From contig PDIP01000015.1 in the NCBI GenBank assembly GCA_002811645.1, positions 1-64,000 of the forward strand: a DNA stretch of 64,000 nt, in the 5' to 3' direction. This document shows positions 54,718-64,000 of the stretch, piece after piece. This DNA is from Corallochytrium limacisporum Hawaii. Its lineage: Eukaryota; Protista; Pluriformea. Below the pieces are notes generated by a model. That model was given only the letters and a program-made list of their open reading frames with translations. It ran no database searches and had not been told where the DNA came from. Numbering within the stretch: the first letter of the stretch is position 1; each line of letters opens with the position of its first letter. Position numbers and translations under genes: made by a program.

Positions 54718-57543
54718 TCACCACAGCAGAGCAAAATTCTCTTGCTGGTCGACAAGGTAGGCGACCCCCCCTGAAATTATAGTCACCGTGACCAGGCCGA
54801 TGATCTCGGCCGCAATGGTCTTTGACTTGGATATCCCTTTGCCCAGCTTCGCATCGTTGTCCATGGTAGGTGTCTCGAATCGGAGAGGAATGGATGTGAC
54901 CTCACGGTAACCCTCAACGTTGTTGACATGCTCGTTCTCCATGCGGAACCAACCCCACATAGTCCGACGCAGCAATTCCATGAACGCATACAGCAAGGGC
55001 ACAACCTGGGAATTGGAGTAGAAGAATGGATTCAGGGTGTTCGGAATCAATGACATAGTCCAGAAGAATCGCAGGATGAAGTCGGCGATGGTGGCCAACA
55101 AGTAGCGCCAACCTGCGCCAAACATGGAACCGCGGCTAATGGTCAGCACCGTCTTTCTGCTGAACCGCAATCGCAGACCCCAATCCACATTGATATCCCA
55201 CCAGAAGGAGTACAACGTACTGATGATCATAAGGCCCATCCACGCCAACCGGTATATGTTGTTCCAGGAGCTGCTGGCTGCAGAGTATTCGGGGTGAAAC
55301 TGACCATACAAAATGACACACAGCGATAGCGCGTACTTGACAGCGTTGGGCAGATTCGGCCAACGCTTGCCAGTATCGTAGTACCGCCGGAGACATTGCA
55401 TGAAGCGAAACCACAAGGGCAGAGCCACAAGGAGAGTTACTAGCCAGGGAATCGACACAATCTGGTAGCCTGTATGCTTGTGTCGTCTGTAGTGACCAGT
55501 AAACACGTACAGAAACGCGTTTAGTAGCAAAGCAAAGATCTTCACCATCGAAGTCAAGAAATCAGCTACGTAGAAGTCAACGAAGCGAACACGGCCGAAT
55601 GGGCTGATGAACACACTCACAAGAGTGTCCAGAAGAAATTTTCGACTGGCCCAGTGTGTTGTCAGGGGTAAGAAGAATTTGCCCAAAGTGTACATTAACA
55701 GACCAACTGGGATGGCCTTCGCTGGGATGAATTCGGCGATCAATCCCGCAGCGTGCGCGAAGAAGGCAATGAGGCATGCGAAATACACCAGAGACAGGCG
55801 GGTAGCTTCTCCGAAAGCCTGTACGAAAGTGAGACGGGTTCTCGGATCTAACTCCAGCAGATACACGTAGTTGATCCGCGCCTTAGTCCAGACATACAAA
55901 GTGGCTCCCCAAAGCCAAGTCATGAGATACAACAGACCTACACTGGCGAACACCGGAAAGGCCGCATGATACTCCGGTTTCTGCAATTGATCATAGTGCT
56001 GAATCCACATGTACAGCGCCCAGATAGACACACCCATAATCGCACCAAACTTTGCACCGAGCACAAAAAGGTCCCAGTCAGTGTGTTCACGCTGCTTCAC
56101 CAACAGTGATGCCTTCGCCCGCACGATGTCTCCGTCTTCAAAGGCATTGGAATACGCTTCCTCAGTGTCCTTTATCAGTCGATCGAGGCCAGAGTGTCTA
56201 CTAAACTCACTACGTCCAACATCAGCCATTACTGTTCTTTTCATGCGGATAATGCCGTTCTTGTCGTGTTTCTTGATGATCTTACTGAACGCAGTGTAGT
56301 TCAAAATACAAAAGTTACTCAAAAGGTTAAGGTATCGGTACAATTCAATGAAGGATCTACGAACGTGGAAGACTTCGTGGCCCTTCATCTCCCCTGCAAT
56401 ACCCGCATCCCGCACAAACTCGTCCAGCATTCCCTGATAGCTGGAGAGTTTCTCCAGGTAGAAGTCATTAATTTTCGTGAGCTCCGCTTTGACCATCTCG
56501 TAGAACTGCAATTCCAGCTCTTGTACGGTACGGCCATGCCGAGAACTGTGCATAGAGAAGAGTCCTGGTCGTGCCAAGTTGACAAGAGGTCCACCGGAAG
56601 TGCTCGGCTGTGCTGGTTCATCGTCTTCATCGCTCGAAGTTGTGACTGGAATAGGTTCATTGAAATGAAGCGCTAGCTTCAGTGCATCCACATCAATGGC
56701 CATGTGTTCCTTTGTAAGGGTGGTCTGCCGTGCTAGCTTACCTGGAGCCAGATCCCAGGGCATGCTTTGGGTACTCCTTTCCATGGAACTTGGAGACACG
56801 GGTGGTGATGACACATGTTGTCCCGGTCTCGGTTGAGTCAAATGACGAATCGGAGTGATCTCGTGACCATGAGTAGTTGCACTCTTCGGCAGCCGAGCAG
56901 CCGTTGACGGCAAAGCTGGAGGATCGCTCTCTGCTCCACCGTGCGCCTCAGCATCCTTACGCAGAAGGCTGCGCGAGCTCCGTGAAGAGTTTGCGCCAAC
57001 GTCTCCCTCAGCCTCTGTGTCCCGGTTATACGACATGTCGCGGTCGCTCGCACTAGCCATGCTGTCCTCTACTCCAGACGTAGTGTAGTTAACGTAGGGG
57101 TCGAACAAGCGTCGGGCACCCTTCAATGTGGCGACACCTGCGGACTGCTTCATTGCTTTAGTACCGGTCCTGGGTTCGGTAGTGGCCTGCTTTCCGCTGG
57201 TGCCCCATCGTGGATGATCTTTCTCAAAATACTGCCGAAACTCATGCATTTCACTGTCGTCTTCCACGGCTTGACGAGATGATGAGCTGTAAGTGCGCGA
57301 TCTTCGCGACAGAAGAGGACGAGTTTCGCCCTCTTCACCCCCCGTAGATGCCCGTTTTCCTCTCGGTGGAGGTTGTGGTTTGGGAATGTTGTCATCAGAA
57401 TCAGAGGCACTCGTGTAGTCGCCCATGGCCTGCACAGCTTTCTTGATTGCCTTGATCTGCTTCCGCAAACCTTTGTAGTCCAGATAATATTCGGCCCAGT
57501 CCTGGACGGCCTGGCTGGCCAACTGGGCGCCGAATTTCACCAT
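54718..57543 (-). CDS. XPR1: SPX-EXS phosphate exporter (XPR1/Syg1/PHO1 family)
   Basis: MVKFGAQL...W..YYLDYKGLRK, LNYTAFSKIIKKHDK (SPX); INYVYLLE, FVDFYVADFLTS, RFMQCLRRY, WDINVDWGL, ELLRRTMWGWFRMENEH (EXS). Confidence 0.96.
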   Translation of the reverse strand: MVKFGAQLASQAVQDWAEYYLDYKGLRKQIKAIKKAVQAMGDYTSASDSDDNIPKPQPPPRGKRASTGGEEGETRPLLSRRSRTYSSSSRQAVEDDSEMHEFRQYFEKDHPRWGTSGKQATTEPRTGTKAMKQSAGVATLKGARRLFDPYVNYTTSGVEDSMASASDRDMSYNRDTEAEGDVGANSSRSSRSLLRKDAEAHGGAESDPPALPSTAARLPKSATTHGHEITPIRHLTQPRPGQHVSSPPVSPSSMERSTQSMPWDLAPGKLARQTTLTKEHMAIDVDALKLALHFNEPIPVTTSSDEDDEPAQPSTSGGPLVNLARPGLFSMHSSRHGRTVQELELQFYEMVKAELTKINDFYLEKLSSYQGMLDEFVRDAGIAGEMKGHEVFHVRRSFIELYRYLNLLSNFCILNYTAFSKIIKKHDKNGIIRMKRTVMADVGRSEFSRHSGLDRLIKDTEEAYSNAFEDGDIVRAKASLLVKQREHTDWDLFVLGAKFGAIMGVSIWALYMWIQHYDQLQKPEYHAAFPVFASVGLLYLMTWLWGATLYVWTKARINYVYLLELDPRTRLTFVQAFGEATRLSLVYFACLIAFFAHAAGLIAEFIPAKAIPVGLLMYTLGKFFLPLTTHWASRKFLLDTLVSVFISPFGRVRFVDFYVADFLTSMVKIFALLLNAFLYVFTGHYRRHKHTGYQIVSIPWLVTLLVALPLWFRFMQCLRRYYDTGKRWPNLPNAVKYALSLCVILYGQFHPEYSAASSSWNNIYRLAWMGLMIISTLYSFWWDINVDWGLRLRFSRKTVLTISRGSMFGAGWRYLLATIADFILRFFWTMSLIPNTLNPFFYSNSQVVPLLYAFMELLRRTMWGWFRMENEHVNNVEGYREVTSIPLRFETPTMDNDAKLGKGISKSKTIAAEIIGLVTVTIISGGVAYLVDQQENFALLW

Positions 57544-57636
57544 TGGATCTAGTTACTTTGTTGGTAGTGTGTAACTGTAACGAATCTGCCGGTGCTATCC
57601 CGGACACCGGAGGATATGTCCACAAAACATGGTGGC

Positions 57637-57659
57637 TCTCTCTCTCTCTCTCTCTCTCT
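57637..57659. repeat. (CT)n microsatellite upstream of XPR1
   Basis: Read directly. Confidence 0.85.
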
Positions 57660-59769
57660 ATCTGTCCTTCTTTCCTCTCCGTTGCACGATACCCACATGT
57701 ACAGGCTGTTGCAATACTGTCACCGGTTTGAGAAATACCTTCATGGACTCGTATGTGATCCTCAGAAGCGTCACGGACTTGATACTAGCTGATCACAGTG
57801 AGACAAAAACCATCCTTACCAACCCAGATATAACATCCACAATGAGTGTCATTCTCTAATTGACCACACCTTGTCGGAGTCTCACTCAGGGAACCGCTAT
57901 CGCTGCCATCACTCCTACACTGTCCTACACGCGCACAACAGCACTCCTCCCAGCACAGTCCCTACCACCACAACACACGGTCCCGCGCACCCATCCCGCT
58001 GCGGTTGGCGCTCTCCGTACTGAAATTACGGACGACGTGTCCACTGGCTTTTCGGGCCGGAAGAAAGGTGGCGAGGTTGGACGCGGGTGTGTTCTTTTTG
58101 TCCCTTTCGAAGTTGGGGTGCGGACTCATTATCACCCCGAGAAGTTATGCGTGAAATTTTAGAGGCTTCTTTTCTTTATCACAGAGATGTCGGAAGGGGA
58201 CAATGAAGACTGCATATATTAATCACCGAGTGTACAAGGTCGCGCAGAGATATCAGTAGTGCAGGAATGGTGAGATGCCTTATCACTAGGTTCTTCCTGC
58301 CCGTAACCCGACCAAGGCCCCCTCCCCCCCGGGGGGGGGAGGGAGTGTGGGGGTGTGGGGGTGGTGTCGTCGGAATGGATAAAAAGATTCAATGTTTACC
58401 TTGCACTCTTTACCTATTCTTTCTTTCCTTTTTTCCTTTTTTTTTTTTTTTTGGCTTTGCTTTTCCTTTTGGGCTTGTTTCCTTGCATTTCTGAGGAAAA
58501 GGGAGGGGTTCAACCCACCACCCGAACCCACTCGGGGGTCAGACCAAGCGTCACACACACACTCGCACACAAATCCCGCAACACTTACTCACTCACCGAC
58601 CGTGGGTGTGAGAGGGGTCGCGGGTACGTCCCCGGATCCAACCGGTCGAGACGCAAGACCTCAGGGCCAACGCAGGCACCTCTGGGTGAGGGCTTGATGC
58701 TGTACCTACCTTTCCGAAGAGGAATTGTGCCTTGTCGTATCTCGTTAGACGATGCTTAAAACACAGAAAAATGACATCCTGTGGTAGTCGACGCAGGATT
58801 TAGAGAGCGTCCCAGGCCACCTCTGCGCATCGGCTACGCAGTGGCCCCGCTCGCAGAACACCGGGGCCCCTTCCCTGTTATCTTTATTCCACAATTGGTT
58901 TCGCTGCCGTGAGCATGGTATTCCGCATGATTGTTCAGTTTCAATGCTGTGACAGACAAACGTGGAGTTTACCAGGACGCATATCTGAGAATGGTCTGTT
59001 TAATATGTTTCATTTTGTTTGGACGTTACACACCGAACGGGTGAATTCGAAACCCCGTTCACCGTTTCTCATCGTCGTCCCCATTCCACCCTGTCCTGCC
59101 TTTCCACAAAAGGTTTACACACGACCCTGTGACTTCCTGCTTTAAAAACTACTATGCTCACACCGCACTAACTGTTACAACACAGCACGACAGCCATGCA
59201 GACCTGAGCAGCAGTCGCTGTGGTTGACGAGCAGCCGTCCGGCTGTCCGGTCCCTACCACCCACATGAGGTCGTTGGGGCGAATTGGCGCGCAGCAGATG
59301 TGGTCACCGGGGAAATCGGATCCAGCCACATCGGGGGCCTAATTTATGCGCAGCGCACCCACCTTCCGTAGCGACCTGACGGTTATGTCGGCTACCTATA
59401 GAGAGTATCGGATGGGCTCGGGGAGGGAAGGCGGGTTTTGCGTCACTGTGCAAAGCGGGGAGGCACTCTGGGCTTGTACGCCCAGAGCTAGGGGAAGGGG
59501 GGGGGGGTCTCAAGCCTGGGGGTGAGTCGACAACGGCGGTTGAGTGGGAAAGGAACGGTAACATGCCGATCTAGGCGATAAAGACGAGATGGTCGGGTAT
59601 TTTCTTTGCAAGTATCAGGCCTAAGTTCCCAGTAGCTACTGCCATGTTTCAAGATGGCAGATCCTCCGCACCAAACAGGCAGTCCAAACTATTTGGAATA
59701 GCTGGTCAGTGGAATGAGCATGACTAACTAACGACGGTCAGGAGTCTTGCAAACTTCAGTACCAACGAC

Positions 59770-61242
<1,473 letters not shown>

Positions 61243-61393
61243 TGCTAAAACAAAGGATATTACAAATATGTTATGATTATTCGCTTGTGCCTTCCCCCCT
61301 TTTTTTTGTTTTGTTCATGTACAAGTACGCAAACAGCGACCGTGTTGGACATATTATGATGACAATAAAGGGCACTTTCCGATCCTGGGTCGT

Positions 61394-62980
61394 CTATGTT
61401 GACGAGTGCATGCTAGACTTGGTCTCGTAAGTCTTCCAGACCTTCTGACTTTGCTCCAAGAAATCCATTTGCAACTTACCGAAATCGTTCAGCAGCTCCT
61501 TCATGTTTTCTTGCTTGATGGCTGTGAAGGCGTGAAGTTCCGCACTAATGGTGTCATTGCTCTCCTTCAGGTGTTTCTCGCTGAGCTCCCGATGATCCTT
61601 TGCAAACTCAAGCTCCATATCCAGCCGCCGCAACTTCTCTTCACGTTGTTGCTGAGGATCACCCTTGGACCGCTTCAAGAAAGATGGCAGCCCCGTCTTC
61701 ATGCCACCTCCTCCCTTGACAGTGGCAATTTCGGCTTCCTTTCGGTAGACTGCTTCCTGCGCTTGCTCATACTGGCTCTCAATTTGGTCCCGACGCTTGA
61801 GCAGCTCGATGCAGGCATTGCTGAAGTCCGCGTTGAATTGAGCAGGATCACACAAGTTCGTGTCAATGAGGTGGCTGCAGTCCGCAACCAGCTTAGAGTA
61901 CCGTTCTGTCGTGGTGGCCATAGCGTTTAGCAACTCTTGCAGCTGTGGATCTGCGTGGGCCACGTTAGTGAACTGTGGGCTCAGCTCAGCAAAGGCATCG
62001 GCCATGTCTTTGGACGCCTTGGCTGCCTTGGCTGCTTGCTTGGCCATACGGTGCACACTCGCCTCAAAGGTCTGCAAATCCGCATAGTAGGACGCGAATC
62101 GCTGATCGGGGTTCTTGGCATGTGCAGTGGGTCCCAATTTGCTCATGCTCGAACTCAGCCCCTCCAGGAAACCCGATTCCTTCTTGGTCGTATCACTATC
62201 CCAGTAGGTGCCTTCCAAAAACTTGACCACATTGTCATCCATGACGAGCTTCGGGTGCTCCACCACAGCAGTTACGAATCGCTGCAGGTACTTGGCACGC
62301 TTGGACAGGAACTCGCTGCCGAAGCGATCCAGGTCGCTCCACTGACCTTTGGCCGGAATAGGCGGGATGAGGCACGTTGGGTTTTTCTTAGCCAGACGGT
62401 TGCGCAGAACGTAGAAATCATTGTAGCGTCGGCTGGTGGTCATCTGCCGTTTACCGAAATGTGCCATGGTTGTGCGTGTGTTGACGGTGTAGGTCACGTA
62501 CGCACTCCGGCCGTCCGTTTTCTGGAAGTCCGTAATACTCACTTCAATGGTACCGTCGGGACGACTCCGGGGCACAGAAGGCGCGGCAGCCGGACCATTA
62601 GACCCATTGGACAAAACCGGAGCGGCGCTCTTCTCCTCAGCCCGCGGAGACATAGAGTCCGCCGTCGGAACCGGGGGCCGGGCAGGCGGTGGACCGGAGT
62701 CCTCACGCGCCGCGGCCACCGGGACCTGCTGCGCAGGCTGCTCTGGAGCCGGCGCAGCGACAGGAGCAGCCACTGGGGTTGCAGTGGTCTCCAAGGGTCC
62801 GCCATTGGCCTCCAGTGCGGCTGTCGGAGGTGGTCCAAAGTTGGATGTCACTGGTTTTGATGTGGGTTCGTTGAGGTCGACGTCATCGAAGAGCTTGTCA
62901 TTCGTTGTTGGGGCCTGAGTCTCATCCTTTGTAGGCTCTGCGACGTCTCCGAAGAGAGGATCATTGCCCGAAACATCCAT
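61394..62980 (-). CDS. PX-BAR sorting nexin (SNX4/7/30-like)
   Basis: PX motifs YVTYTV, RRYNDF, IPPIPAK, RAKYLQRF..V.EHP.L; C-terminal helical BAR domain; P/A-rich N-terminus. Confidence 0.9.
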   Translation of the reverse strand: MDVSGNDPLFGDVAEPTKDETQAPTTNDKLFDDVDLNEPTSKPVTSNFGPPPTAALEANGGPLETTATPVAAPVAAPAPEQPAQQVPVAAAREDSGPPPARPPVPTADSMSPRAEEKSAAPVLSNGSNGPAAAPSVPRSRPDGTIEVSITDFQKTDGRSAYVTYTVNTRTTMAHFGKRQMTTSRRYNDFYVLRNRLAKKNPTCLIPPIPAKGQWSDLDRFGSEFLSKRAKYLQRFVTAVVEHPKLVMDDNVVKFLEGTYWDSDTTKKESGFLEGLSSSMSKLGPTAHAKNPDQRFASYYADLQTFEASVHRMAKQAAKAAKASKDMADAFAELSPQFTNVAHADPQLQELLNAMATTTERYSKLVADCSHLIDTNLCDPAQFNADFSNACIELLKRRDQIESQYEQAQEAVYRKEAEIATVKGGGGMKTGLPSFLKRSKGDPQQQREEKLRRLDMELEFAKDHRELSEKHLKESNDTISAELHAFTAIKQENMKELLNDFGKLQMDFLEQSQKVWKTYETKSSMHSST

Positions 62981-63224
62981 GTTTACTCTTTGTTTAGTTT
63001 ACTTCCCGATTTGGGATCTGTGCGGTCCTGTTGTGTCTTTCAGCGGCTTTCTGAACCTGTGGCCCGGAAACGCCTAAACAAAACCCTGTCCCGTAGTGCA
63101 ATACACAAACGCACTGAGATTGTATATAGGAACACGACGCTTTGTACTGAAGAAACAAAAAACACCGGAGTTCCTCTTTAAGTACCGCGAGCGGTTGAGT
63201 CATGGAAATCCTTCTTTCTCTACT

Positions 63225-63540
63225 GTCCTCCCCGCTCCTTATCAGAAGGGAAGGGGGGGGCCCGCTCGGTCTTGGAGACCCATAGAATGACTATGGCAGG
63301 CCCCAAAAATCCTCCACCGGGAGAGTTGAAGGAGGCGGAGGAGCAGGAGAAGGGGGGGGGCGCTTGGGGGGCCCGGTACCCAAAGGCTCTCGTACCCCCC
63401 CCCGGGGGGGCCCTCTCCGCCCAAGCGCCGCTCTCCCCCGGGCCCCCCCCCCGGCTTGCGGAGTAGGGGAGAAGGAAAGCAACGAGTGAGGGAGAGACAC
63501 AGAGAGACACAGAGAGAGAGAGAGGGAGAGAGAGAGCAAG
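63225..63540. promoter_or_regulatory. G/C-tract island upstream of the SNX gene, followed by (GA)n
   Basis: C9-G7 at 63395-63410, several G/C runs and GGGCCC sites, (GA)n at about 63491-63536. A (GT)n lies nearby at about 63666-63687. Confidence 0.5.
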
Positions 63541-64000
63541 CCTTGACTGGGGAAGGAGCCGCACCCAAGATAAAATCACACAAAAGGGTCAGCATCCTCC
63601 GGCAACAGTGTTGTGACATACTACACGCTGGCATTTCCGACCGTCCGTGGGTCCAGTTGAGGGCGGTGTGTGTGTGTGTGTGTGTGTATGCGTCCGTGTT
63701 TTCGTCGTCCTGGGCGTAACAACGCATTCAACATCGTCTCCAGCTCGTGCCCTGGGTCATTCGTGCTGCAAACCATCCCGCCTCATTGACGCACGGAATG
63801 ATCAAAATGGACGGTTGTGTCCAGCGGGACAAAGTCGCACACAGACACTCGCGTACGTACGCACTGCAAAGGCAGGACCTGCAAAGCACACAGGCCATGA
63901 TCTGAGAGAAAGAAGCAGGAAGCAACGTTTGATCATGTTGCACCGGGCAATCGTAAAGGAACAACAAACCAAAAACCTGAATCAAAAAATCATGACGTTC

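Overview
Eukaryotic genomic DNA with about 21 intact protein-coding genes, none showing a CDS intron (even a 2522-aa HEATR1 is one ORF), plus one clear pseudogene. The gene set (KCNQ-type K+ channel, DOT1L, HMG20, Rac1, SNX4/7/30-type, XPR1) looks holozoan. With the intron poverty and about 3 kb per gene, this suggests an intron-poor unicellular animal relative such as Corallochytrium (inference only). Convergent 3' ends are tightly packed (about 90-260 bp apart). Nearly every 5' end has a G/C-homopolymer island a few hundred bp upstream, often centred on a C(n)-G(n) palindrome. Highlights: a short unannotated ORF with FGF, KEN and C-terminal Sororin motifs; a decaying TTLL9 (axonemal polyglutamylase) pseudogene with four lesions; a KCNQ channel with a partly neutralised S4 and altered gate; an RNase Z lacking the tRNA-binding flexible arm; and degenerate piggyBac-like relics in the long non-coding blocks. 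All homology calls rest on recalled motifs; no database search was run.
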